44,521 bases of DNA from an uncultured Ardenticatenaceae bacterium (GTDB taxonomy: Bacteria; Chloroflexota; Anaerolineae; Promineifilales; Promineifilaceae): NCBI GenBank assembly GCA_964432035.1, contig CAYSMQ010000002.1:2921-47441 (forward strand). The letters run 5' to 3'. The notes under the pieces were generated by a model. The model ran no database searches. It had not been told where the DNA came from and saw only the letters and a program-made list of their open reading frames with translations. Positions 27,207-35,866 of this stretch are shown piece by piece. Position 1 is the stretch's first letter. Each line of letters starts with the position of its first letter. Made by a program: the position numbers and the translations under genes.

Positions 27207-28566
27207 ACTTTAGAATGTAATGTGTACCCTTCTTGGAGCCGATTTTAAGCAAAATATCGCGATCTACTAAATCCTTTAAGTCTAGTCGTAAGGTTTCGGG
27301 GGTTACATCCGGACAGAGCCGCTGATACTCACGGTTTGTGATGCTGCCATATTCCCGCACATAGGTCAGCGCCTGGGTTTGGCGCTCATTCATATTACGA
27401 GCGGATGGTTTGGCTGCAACACGTCTCGCTGCCTTTTCTAGTGCAACGGTGAAGGTATGCGATGTCGCCCGGAAATCTGGCGGTGGATGACCTGCCTGTA
27501 CCATTTCCTCGATCATGCGGTCGATGCCCAGGCCAAGCTCTTCGATATAGCCCCATTGATACAGCCCGTTTACGATTCGAGGATTGCGTGAAAAGTGTTC
27601 CTCTACAAGGTTGTCGAGGGTGATGTAACCGGGCAATGAACCGGGACTAATGATTTCCATGCGGTTGCTGTACATACGAATTTCGACCCGGCGACCACGA
27701 ATGCGGTAGTCACGATGGGCAACGGCGTTGATCAGCGCCTCGCGCACCGCAAAACGAGGATACTCGGTCAGCTCCTCTCGCTCCAGCCCGTTGACGGCAG
27801 CGCCCACCCTCATCTCTTCCCAGACAATGTTCCATGCGCGCTCTACCATGCGCGCCAACGGACCCGCAAGCTCGTCGCGGCGACCGTAAACGGCTTCTTC
27901 GGTATCGCTGGTCGGTTCCGTTCCGGGAAATTTGACGAACACGATGCCGCTCTGAGGTAGGAAAGCCTGTGGACGTTTTCCAAAGAGCAACATACCGGCG
28001 ACGGTCGGATTTCCATCTCGATCCGTCGCGCCAATTTCGAACAACAAGTTGGAGACTGAATCGGGACGAGTAGAGCCGCGCTGGTCCCGCTTTTCCAGAT
28101 ATTCCTCGACGATTGCCGGGTCCAGGTCGTCACCCTTTGCACCGGGAACCACCCCTTCCTCAAAGTCGCCGACGGTCTTGCTGTTCGCCAGCTGACGGAT
28201 CTCGTCGCCGCTGAGCGTGCGGTTTTCGTCGCCGCTGCGAATCAGAACGCGCCCGTCGTATAGACTGTGTAGATCCGGGCTGCGCGAAACGCGGAGACCA
28301 ATGAGCCCACGCTTTTCATTGTCAAGCTGCTGCCACTCGCCTTCTACAGGAGGACGACACAGGGAGGCTGCTTCGCGGAGCGCAGCCTCAATTTCCTCTT
28401 CCCACACCGGCTCCACGACGTTTCCGTTTCTGTCCACGCCAACCACGATCAGCCCGCCACTGGCGTTTGCCAGCGCTACTAGATTCTCTGCCAGTGCTTC
28501 TGGATCGGCTTCCGGCAGAAAAGCCAACTGCTGTCCCGGTTTTCTGTTTCTCAAAGGCAACATCAC
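27205..28566 (-). CDS. AlbA_2 (Schlafen-like) / HATPase_c_4 / winged-helix ATP-binding putative transcriptional regulator (often annotated RecG-like)
   Basis: N-terminal AlbA_2-type motif LVALANASGGLIVVGVD. Central REALINAVAHRDY ... RMEIISPGSLPG ... RNPRIVN ... IEELGLGIDRM. C-terminal wHTH-like region (ITNREYQRL...DLKDLVDRDILLKIG). Confidence 0.7.
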   Translation of the reverse strand: MMLPLRNRKPGQQLAFLPEADPEALAENLVALANASGGLIVVGVDRNGNVVEPVWEEEIEAALREAASLCRPPVEGEWQQLDNEKRGLIGLRVSRSPDLHSLYDGRVLIRSGDENRTLSGDEIRQLANSKTVGDFEEGVVPGAKGDDLDPAIVEEYLEKRDQRGSTRPDSVSNLLFEIGATDRDGNPTVAGMLLFGKRPQAFLPQSGIVFVKFPGTEPTSDTEEAVYGRRDELAGPLARMVERAWNIVWEEMRVGAAVNGLEREELTEYPRFAVREALINAVAHRDYRIRGRRVEIRMYSNRMEIISPGSLPGYITLDNLVEEHFSRNPRIVNGLYQWGYIEELGLGIDRMIEEMVQAGHPPPDFRATSHTFTVALEKAARRVAAKPSARNMNERQTQALTYVREYGSITNREYQRLCPDVTPETLRLDLKDLVDRDILLKIGSKKGTHYILK

Positions 28567-28655
28567 CCTACTCGCCGAACGCGAATTGAGTCGCTTTCAT
28601 TATGGCAAGTATAGCAGATATTGCCTCTGGAGTTTAACAGCCCTATTGTCAGGGG

Positions 28656-28738
28656 GTGCGCCTCTTGGCGCACGCTAAAATAGAACGGCCTGGTATCTAC
28701 TACCAGGCCGCAGCAGAAGGCTCAGCGCCAGCTGAGCC
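28656..28738 (-). terminator. Three consecutive perfect hairpins downstream of the CBM48-like gene; the middle one is the best terminator candidate
   Basis: GTGCGCC-tctt-GGCGCAC (28656-28673), GGCCTGGTA-tctac-TACCAGGCC (28687-28709), GGCTCAGC-gcca-GCTGAGCC (28719-28738). On the minus-strand RNA the middle hairpin is followed by GUUCUAUUUU. Confidence 0.5.
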
Positions 28739-28760
28739 AGTTTATCACACCGGTAAAGGG

Positions 28761-29063
28761 TTAAGACCCGTTGCGAAAGGTTTCAACCACGCTGTTCTCT
28801 TCGCCAAATTCATTTGGCACGTAGGCGTCGGCCGTGTCGTCGTTCTTCCAGGTGTCGCCGTCAATCAGATAGCGAAACTGTACCTGCCTGTCCAAGGGCA
28901 GGCGCAGAGACGCCTTGAACGAGCCAGACTTCAGCTGCTTCATAGGGATCGGCGTCCAGTCGTTCGTTTCGATGACAAGAGCGACCGACTGGGCTTCGTC
29001 TGGTTGTAGCCGAAATGTTACTTCGCACTCGTCGAGTGTCTTGAAAAAGCGCTTCTTCAGCAT
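28761..29063 (-). CDS. Standalone CBM48 / E-set (AMPK-beta glycogen-binding-like) domain protein
   Basis: ATG 29063 is preceded by GGAGG. The ~100-aa beta-sandwich-like sequence (VTFRL...VALV...NDWTPIPMK...G.F...L.LP....QFRYLIDG..W.ND) is typical of isoamylase N-terminal/CBM48 modules. Confidence 0.6.
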   Translation of the reverse strand: MLKKRFFKTLDECEVTFRLQPDEAQSVALVIETNDWTPIPMKQLKSGSFKASLRLPLDRQVQFRYLIDGDTWKNDDTADAYVPNEFGEENSVVETFRNGS

Positions 29064-29333
29064 GTTACAGCAAACCTCCGTACTGCTTGGGCCACCGTCA
29101 TGGATGGAGAGCCACAACGGTAAGACATTATTACTCTAATCAGGCTAGCCGCCTTCTAAACAACGTGCAGAGCAAAGAGGGCGCCCCGCTGTTGCCGAAA
29201 GATAGGCAAACCGGACGCAGCTTAGCAGATCGGGCCGGTAGCCGTCAAGGGTGGGCGCACTTTTCATCGAAATCGCCCAAATGCGCGGATATCTAGTTGT
29301 ACAGAGTTAACGAAATGACGAGGCTAAGATTAG

Positions 29334-29978
29334 TCACGGATAAGTGGGCAGATCTTCTAGAGCAAATTCCTCAATATTTGACGCCCGGTAGGGGGAAGGC
29401 AGCGAAACGACAGAGAACACATTTACGAGTGCCTGGATGCGATGCAACACGCGCACGAATTGGCGAGGACGCACAACTTCCATGTCCAGAAGCACCACAG
29501 CCAGTCCGTCGTCCGTTTCCGCATGCACGGTTGGCAGATTGATCTGCTCGCTCTGGATGAGATTCGTGATTTCAAACAGAAGCCCCGGCCGGTCATACAC
29601 TTCTACTTTGACGGTAAAGAGGCGGACCTCGCAGTCTTCTTCGGTGCCCCAGTCGAGCTTAAGCGTGCGATCGGCCAATGGATCAAACGGAATCCGCGGA
29701 CAACCCTCTTTATGCACGGTAATGCTGCCGTCGTTGCGGGCAAAGCCGAGAATGACGTCGTCGGGAAGCGGCTGGCAAGAGCGACAAAGGCGCAATGGGC
29801 GGTTACCGGCATTATTGATGATCAGTTTTTCGCCGCTCTGAGAATAAACGGCGCTACCGATATTACGTACAGGACGCTTATCCCACGTATCGCGCAGGAC
29901 GCTGGTAGAGACTGTCGTCGGCAATAGTTCGGCTCGACCCAACGAGTGGTACAGTTCTTCCTTATCCTCAAGCTCCAT
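29334..29978 (-). CDS. rel: C-terminal portion of Rel/RSH (rest of the helical domain, Zn-finger/CC domain, ACT/RRM domain), separated from the N-terminal portion by one in-frame TAA
   Basis: Conserved-Cys region LCRSCQPLP...VHKEGCP and an ACT-like VEVYDRPGLLFEITNLI. Same frame as 30003..31562 (offset 669 = 3 x 223). Confidence 0.8.
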   Translation of the reverse strand: MELEDKEELYHSLGRAELLPTTVSTSVLRDTWDKRPVRNIGSAVYSQSGEKLIINNAGNRPLRLCRSCQPLPDDVILGFARNDGSITVHKEGCPRIPFDPLADRTLKLDWGTEEDCEVRLFTVKVEVYDRPGLLFEITNLIQSEQINLPTVHAETDDGLAVVLLDMEVVRPRQFVRVLHRIQALVNVFSVVSLPSPYRASNIEEFALEDLPTYP

Positions 29979-30002
29979 TAGCTGCGCTGCCTTCTCATGA
30001 GC

Positions 30003-31562
30003 TTAATCTGACATGCCCAGCATCCACAGTTCATTTTCCAGAAGGCGTCTTCCTTCGGTGATGGCGGCCTCTTCAGAAAGGCGGCGAAACCAGCGTCGCA
30101 CGTGGGCGCGCGCCCGGCTGGTCGTCAGATAACCAAGATCTTCGTCCAACCAGATGCGCTGAGGTCCATCCCCGCGCTTAACAATGTAGACTCGATCGCC
30201 GCTTTGGAGCGGCTGGTTGAGCGGCGTTTGCTGGTCGTTCACCAACGCCACGCGACACTGATCGCCCACCTCAGAATGGATCATATAGGCGAAGTCCAGG
30301 GGCGTGGCGCCTTGCGGCAGTTCTTTAACGTCTCCTGCCGGCGTATAAACGATGATCTGGTCCCGAAATACGTCTTGCACGACGCCTTGTACGCCAACAC
30401 GGGGATCTTGCGGCTCAAGATTAATCGTCTCGCTGATATTGGCCACGAGTGCATCAACGCGGTCGGCAATTTCGCTCGACCACAGGGGCATGCCTAACCG
30501 CACCCAACGGGCCATGACGCCAATCTCTGAGAGCACGTCCATGGCGACGGTGCGAAAGCGGACTTTGATGCGTTCTCCGTTGTTGCGCACGACGGTTGTG
30601 TGTAGGGCACGATAGAGATTGTCACGCGGAGAGGCAATATAATCGTCAAACGTTCCCGGCACGGGGCGCCACATCTGGTGTAGCTCGCCCAGCGCCAGAT
30701 AACAGGAGGGAATATCCTTCAGCACGACAACGAGACGTAAAATAGGATCGACTTTTAAGCGACTTCCTTGCCGGCCATTTCCGCGCGAACTCTGATAGAT
30801 GGAGTAGATGTTTTCCGGACACAACTTGATATCTGCGATCTCGATGCCGGCAGCCGTGAGCTTTTCCGCAATCTGGTGATTCACGCGCGCAAAGGGCGTC
30901 TGGTGTTTGTGACGTAACTGTTCTAACTTCTGTCTGATGATGTGGTAAGCGTTTGAGTCCAGGACTTCCAGGGATAGCGCTTCCAGGTCGTTCTTTACTT
31001 CCCAGATACCCAGCCGATTGGCCAGTGGCGCGTAGACGGCGAGGGTTTCATCCGCCTTGCGTTTTTGGGTGGCTGGCGGCGTGGCCTTTATCGTGCGCAT
31101 GTTGTGCAGACGGTCGAATATCTTGATGATGCCCACGCGCACATCGTCGGTCATGACGCCGAACAACTTGTGCAATGTGGCGTCGCGAACCTCTTCTTTC
31201 GACAGCGTTTCGACGGCGGCGTCGTCGGCCACTGCCTCAAACTTGGTCAGGCCGTCCACCAAACGTCCCACTTCTTGCCCAAATCGCTCGGTGATCTCAT
31301 CGACAGAAACGCGCGTGTCTTCGACGACGTCATGGAGCAAAGCAGCGACAAGCGTTGGCGCATCCATCTGGTACTGTGCCAGATAATAGGCAATGGTTAG
31401 GGGATGGGTAAAGAAGGGCTCCCCTGACTGGCGAAGCTCACCGCCATGCTCATCGCGGGCAACCTCGAATGCCTCGCGAACGATCGCAGATTCGTCCGGC
31501 CCGAGATAGGTACTAATTAGATCGAAAAACGCTGCGCCATCAGGCGCAATTGTATCCTTCAT
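30003..31562 (-). CDS. rel: N-terminal portion of bifunctional (p)ppGpp synthetase/hydrolase Rel (HD hydrolase, synthetase, TGS domains)
   Basis: HD motif LLHDVVEDT, the synthetase-domain region (YRALHTTV etc.), and TGS IIVYTPAGDVKELPQGATPLDFAYMIHSEVG. Ends at TAA 30003-30005, inside the helical linker. Confidence 0.9.
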   Translation of the reverse strand: MKDTIAPDGAAFFDLISTYLGPDESAIVREAFEVARDEHGGELRQSGEPFFTHPLTIAYYLAQYQMDAPTLVAALLHDVVEDTRVSVDEITERFGQEVGRLVDGLTKFEAVADDAAVETLSKEEVRDATLHKLFGVMTDDVRVGIIKIFDRLHNMRTIKATPPATQKRKADETLAVYAPLANRLGIWEVKNDLEALSLEVLDSNAYHIIRQKLEQLRHKHQTPFARVNHQIAEKLTAAGIEIADIKLCPENIYSIYQSSRGNGRQGSRLKVDPILRLVVVLKDIPSCYLALGELHQMWRPVPGTFDDYIASPRDNLYRALHTTVVRNNGERIKVRFRTVAMDVLSEIGVMARWVRLGMPLWSSEIADRVDALVANISETINLEPQDPRVGVQGVVQDVFRDQIIVYTPAGDVKELPQGATPLDFAYMIHSEVGDQCRVALVNDQQTPLNQPLQSGDRVYIVKRGDGPQRIWLDEDLGYLTTSRARAHVRRWFRRLSEEAAITEGRRLLENELWMLGMSD

Positions 31563-31654
31563 TGACCTGTAGCCATTCTTTATTGTGAAGAATAGTACAT
31601 TACCGGGATTTTGTGTAGGCCGGAATTGCCTTTGTGGTGTTAACGAAGGCGACG

Positions 31655-32413
31655 TCAGTCGTTGCTCGTGGCGACCTCGGCGCGCTTTTTGAAGTCCATG
31701 AACCGGTAGCCCACACCTCGCTCTGTTAGAATATATTGTGGGTCCGATGGATCTTCCTCTATTTTCTTGCGCAGATAGTTAATATAGAGGCGCAAATAGT
31801 GGGTCTCGTCACGATATTCATAGCCCCACACTTTGGCCAGAAGCGTTTCGTGGGGCACAACCCATCCGGCATTTTGAATTAGATGGTTTAGCAGGCGATA
31901 CTCAGTTGGTCGCAGGTCAATGCGCTCGCCTTCGACGATGACCTGGTGACGGTTAAAGTCTACAGAAAGGCGGTCGTCAATCTCCAGGATGGTGCGCGGG
32001 GGCCGTGCAGGCCATTCAGCGCGGCGCATGACGGCGTTGACGCGACTGTTCAACTCGCGCGGGCTAAAGGGCTTGGTTATATAGTCATCCGCGCCCAGCT
32101 CCAGCCCGTGAATCCTATCTTCTTCGTCGGCTTTTACGGTGAGCAGTATGACAGGCACCGTGGAGATCTCACGCAACATGCGCAACGTCTCGAACCCGTC
32201 CATTTCTGGCATCATCACATCCATGATTACCAGGTCTGGCAGATGTTGCCGTACCTGTTCCAGGGCCTGGATTCCGTTCTTGGCTTCGATCACCTGGTAG
32301 CCTTCGAGCTCAAGATTCATACGGATGAAGCGAATCATGCGCGGTTCGTCATCCACGACAAGAATTAGGCGCGACTTGGGGCCCTGTAAGGAGGAGGGTA
32401 CTTTTTCAACCAT
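31655..32413 (-). CDS. OmpR-family DNA-binding response regulator (KdpE-like)
   Basis: Receiver domain ([26 protein letters not shown]) and a winged helix ending [35 protein letters not shown], closely resembling the KdpE C-terminus. No kinase is adjacent. Confidence 0.9.
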   Translation of the reverse strand: MVEKVPSSLQGPKSRLILVVDDEPRMIRFIRMNLELEGYQVIEAKNGIQALEQVRQHLPDLVIMDVMMPEMDGFETLRMLREISTVPVILLTVKADEEDRIHGLELGADDYITKPFSPRELNSRVNAVMRRAEWPARPPRTILEIDDRLSVDFNRHQVIVEGERIDLRPTEYRLLNHLIQNAGWVVPHETLLAKVWGYEYRDETHYLRLYINYLRKKIEEDPSDPQYILTERGVGYRFMDFKKRAEVATSND

Positions 32414-32427
32414 GTTTTATTTTTCCA

Positions 32428-32670
32428 CTAATCACGAACAAACCCAATCACGTCTTCCATTTCGGCGGATGGCAGTACCTGCACGTAATTGATACGATGC
32501 CACGGAACGATGATGCGAGATACATCCTCGGCCAGGAAACGCAACTCCTTTCCATCGCGCATCCGCGGATTGCTTAAGAGCATTATCTGATCCTTGGAAT
32601 CAGGCAGTTCTTCAACTTCACAGACGATTGGTTCTTCATTTGATATGTGAACGATGACGGTTACGCTCAT
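32428..32670 (-). CDS. Small acidic hypothetical protein (80 aa)
   Basis: Clean ORF with an ATG start, ending 14 nt upstream of the response regulator gene. No TM segment and no family recognised. Confidence 0.5.
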   Translation of the reverse strand: MSVTVIVHISNEEPIVCEVEELPDSKDQIMLLSNPRMRDGKELRFLAEDVSRIIVPWHRINYVQVLPSAEMEDVIGFVRD

Positions 32671-32758
32671 ATTTTGTCCTCACCTTAGCTCAATGTTACC
32701 AGCTAATGGTTAGATGATCATATGTAGGGAGTGAAAAACTAACATTCTGAGCCAGTGG

Positions 32759-33265
32759 TTATTCCAAGAAAACATGGATGAGAAGATTGCCGAGACGGAG
32801 TTCGTCGCCATTTTTCAGGGGGTAGGGGAGCTCGGCAGGAAGCGTGTAGTTGTTCAGGATTGTGCCGTTGGTACTGCTCATATCGACGATAACCACCCCT
32901 TCTTCAGAGCGGCTGATTGTAGCGTGGAGACGGGAAACACCGAATTCTGCGCCGCCGTCGGCAGTTAGATCCACTTCAGGGTATAAGGAGACAGTCGGAT
33001 CTGCGCGCCCTACGCGAATCTGTTCGTTCAGTGAAATCGTGATCTGCCTGCCGCTGCTGGGGATCACGAGCCGAATGGATTCGGCTTCGGTGTTCGTTTC
33101 TACCTGTTGCCCTACCAGCTCGGGGCTCATCGACGTGCGCGGCACGTTGGTGAAGGGATGCTCTGTGCCATCCGGTTCGTCTTGAGGCACCATCAGAGAG
33201 GCGCCGCATTCAGCACAGTAGAGGGCTCCGGCGAGCTGTTCGGCTCCGCAACTTTCACACTTCAT
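32759..33265 (-). CDS. Zinc-ribbon / FHA domain protein
   Basis: N-terminal CxxC...CxxC (KCESCGAE...YCAECGA). C-terminal FHA motifs (RVGR...VSRLHA...DMSSTNGT..N). The ATG shares one nt with the TGA of the upstream gene (TGATG). Confidence 0.85.
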   Translation of the reverse strand: MKCESCGAEQLAGALYCAECGASLMVPQDEPDGTEHPFTNVPRTSMSPELVGQQVETNTEAESIRLVIPSSGRQITISLNEQIRVGRADPTVSLYPEVDLTADGGAEFGVSRLHATISRSEEGVVIVDMSSTNGTILNNYTLPAELPYPLKNGDELRLGNLLIHVFLE

Positions 33266-34728
33266 CACGAATTATCAAAATTGAGCGCCGTCGTAAGGAG
33301 CGACCGCGTCCCATATTTCAGGCGTTTACGTCCTTCAAGTGAAAGCGTGCCCAGTTGGCTCAAGCGTTCCTTTTCATACTCTGCCTGCTTAGCTAGGTCT
33401 GGATAGCCTGCCTCAAACAGACGTGTTGTCAGCGCTGCCATGCGCTTTGTGGCAAGTTCTGTATTACCCGCTTCAAATTCCTCCCAGGCACGCTCGCCTA
33501 AGCGGTAAAGGTTTAACATTTGCACCGCTTTTACGATCGCAGGCGGTAGCGCCGTTTCCGCTTCGGCATCTGATACGAAGATAGATTCTTCGTAACGGAA
33601 AGAGCGCCCGCGCACCTGCGCCGAGGGGATGTCGGCGACAAACTCTAGCGGAACGTCCAGCTTTGCGCCGACGCGCTGCGGCGAAATCACCAGCTCAAAT
33701 AACATCGATAGTGGCGCGCGCCGTTCAACTGCGCCCAATTGAATGGAGTTTGCTTCTGTATCCAGGGGCAACGAATAGGGCGAGAGTTTAAACGCGTATT
33801 GACACAGCGCGCCCGCCGGCAGTTTCAATTTGAGGCGAACATTGTGCGCATAGATGGCGCCAAGCCCGTTTATCTCTTCGCGCAGAAACTCGACAATCTG
33901 GCCCGGCTCTTCGATATATGCTGAGCGACCGCCGGATGGCGCGACGATTTGATCCAAGAACTGATCATTCCAGTCCGACCCAATACCAAAAGCGCTGATG
34001 GTGACCCCTTTCGTCGAAGCCGTCTGGGCCACAGCCAGACATTCGTCCTCGTCGCCGTAGGTATGACCGTCAGTCAACAAAATGAGATGGTTGATGTAGC
34101 GGTCGAGGGGCGAGCGCGCTAATTCCTTTAGTCCCGCTTTGAGACCTTGAAAGATCTCCGTTCCACCTGACGCCTCCACGCCGTAGATGTGGCTAACGAT
34201 ACTATCGCGCTGTTCGACATTCGCGGCGGACCACACGACTTCGGACCGGTCGTTGAAGCTCACGATGGACAGAACGTCCTCTGGCGACAGCTTGTGGACG
34301 ATCTCGCGAGCAGCAGCTTTTAACTTTGCCAGTCGTTCGTCACGCATGGACGTGCTACGATCGAACACCAGGGCCAGGTTCAGCGGCAGCGTCGCTTGCG
34401 CCGGTTCTTCGGGCGCCCGAAGGCTGACCATTAAGTAGAGCAACTGCTCGCCGTCCAACGCGGCAATCGTGTGGCGTGAAAGCTGGGTGGTAACCTGTAA
34501 GAGCTCCGGCGCCTGTTGCTCCCGTTGCCTATCGTAGGCTAGCCGCTTCTCTTCGTCGCTCAACACCTTGTAGGCATCAAGTAGCTGCCGGTAGGCGGCA
34601 TTTACACTTGGTTCGCGCGCGTTCTTTGGAAACTTGTCGACGAGCGCCCTTGCAGCCTTTTCTATCTTAGTAACAGACGCGTCCGGCGACACGCCTAGCA
34701 CCATGTAGTAGTCGGGCTCTTTTCTCAT
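33265..34728 (-). CDS. J-like domain (no HPD motif) fused to a vWA domain and a C-terminal helical region
   Basis: N-terminus DYYMVLGVSPDAS...KFPKN...AYKVLSDEEKRLAYD matches the J-domain layout, but FPK replaces HPD. vWA MIDAS LVFDRSTSM plus LLTDGHTYGD. No TM segment. Confidence 0.8.
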   Translation of the reverse strand: MRKEPDYYMVLGVSPDASVTKIEKAARALVDKFPKNAREPSVNAAYRQLLDAYKVLSDEEKRLAYDRQREQQAPELLQVTTQLSRHTIAALDGEQLLYLMVSLRAPEEPAQATLPLNLALVFDRSTSMRDERLAKLKAAAREIVHKLSPEDVLSIVSFNDRSEVVWSAANVEQRDSIVSHIYGVEASGGTEIFQGLKAGLKELARSPLDRYINHLILLTDGHTYGDEDECLAVAQTASTKGVTISAFGIGSDWNDQFLDQIVAPSGGRSAYIEEPGQIVEFLREEINGLGAIYAHNVRLKLKLPAGALCQYAFKLSPYSLPLDTEANSIQLGAVERRAPLSMLFELVISPQRVGAKLDVPLEFVADIPSAQVRGRSFRYEESIFVSDAEAETALPPAIVKAVQMLNLYRLGERAWEEFEAGNTELATKRMAALTTRLFEAGYPDLAKQAEYEKERLSQLGTLSLEGRKRLKYGTRSLLTTALNFDNS

Positions 34729-34807
34729 GCCGCCTGTCTCGAATGGTACGGAATCAGCTCACTAGTAAACTGACGGGCGACGGCGGGTGTGGTGTGTAAC
34801 AGCATAG

Positions 34808-35818
34808 CTAGTAGTCAAAGGATGCGAGTATGACGGTAATATTGTCCGTGCCGCCTGCATCCAGCGCTTCGTCAAGCAGGCGTTCGGCCTTATCCTGCAA
34901 ATCGATATCCTCTTCCAGAACCGAGGCAATCGTTTGCTCGCCGACGGAGCCCCACAAACCATCGCTGCAAAGCACCAACGTTCCCTGCGGCGGCAAAGAA
35001 CGGGTGAAAACGTCGACCGGTTCTTGCATCACATCACCCATTAACGAGCGATAGAGCAAATTGCGGTTGGGATGAATGGCGGCTTCTTCAGCCGTTAGCT
35101 GACCCGCGTCTTGCAAAGCCTGCACAAATGTGTGATCGGTCGTTATAAGAGACAATTCCCCCTCACTCATCAGGTAGGCGCGACTGTCGCCCACGTGCAC
35201 CAGGAACAGACGGTTGCCCAATATGACCGCAGCCGTCAGCGTTGTGCCCATCTCTTTGCCAGTTTCGGTCGTCGACAAGGCCTCATTGGCCAAGGCCACG
35301 GCTTGCTCCATCGTCTCCTGCACCGGTTGCGGTGCGCCGTTGTTTCCCTCCTGCAATAAGGAGTAATAGAGGCTCTCGAGCACGTGTTGTGCCACCGCGC
35401 GCGCGACGAGTTTGCTCGCGCGGTGACCGTCATTGTGTCCGCCCATTCCGTCGGCTACGATAAAAAGGCCGAAGAGGGGCAATGGTTCCCTCCCTCCTGC
35501 CTGCGACACGAAACTAATGCAGCTGTCTTCGTTACGGGGACGGACCCTACCCACGTGGCAGCGACTGGCGATTTCTAAGCGCGGTTCTGCGGGCGCGGCT
35601 CCCTTATTCTCCTTCTGCAGCGTTCCTGACGTCGATAGCTGGGTAGCGCTCTCTGGCGCCTCCGCGCTCTGCTCTTTCACGACCTTGGTCTCTGTATCTG
35701 GTTCGGAATCAACCATGTCTTCCGCGTTGCCCTTTCTATTTTTGTCGGCGGATCGGCCGGCAACGATATTATCCTTTTCAAAGATCGTCGTAATAGCGCG
35801 TACTAGTCTGCGTGGCAT
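34808..35818 (-). CDS. PP2C-family Ser/Thr protein phosphatase with a ~85-aa low-complexity N-terminal extension
   Basis: RNEDS, VADGMGGH, LCSDGLW and GGTDNITV metal-binding motifs. Confidence 0.85.
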   Translation of the reverse strand: MPRRLVRAITTIFEKDNIVAGRSADKNRKGNAEDMVDSEPDTETKVVKEQSAEAPESATQLSTSGTLQKENKGAAPAEPRLEIASRCHVGRVRPRNEDSCISFVSQAGGREPLPLFGLFIVADGMGGHNDGHRASKLVARAVAQHVLESLYYSLLQEGNNGAPQPVQETMEQAVALANEALSTTETGKEMGTTLTAAVILGNRLFLVHVGDSRAYLMSEGELSLITTDHTFVQALQDAGQLTAEEAAIHPNRNLLYRSLMGDVMQEPVDVFTRSLPPQGTLVLCSDGLWGSVGEQTIASVLEEDIDLQDKAERLLDEALDAGGTDNITVILASFDY

Positions 35819-35866
35819 CTCTCAACTCCGGCACGATGATGGTGCGCAAGACCGACGGAAGTGGGC

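Noticed and set aside
29442-29927. A 161-aa plus-strand ORF (and 29437..29841) opposite the rel C-terminal fragment.
   Set aside because: It is antisense to a conserved ACT/Zn-finger coding region and has no motifs or RBS.
30003-30005. Selenocysteine or pyrrolysine recoding as the explanation for the in-frame stop in rel.
   Set aside because: The codon is TAA, not TGA or TAG. The position is in a helical linker, not a catalytic Cys/Sec site.
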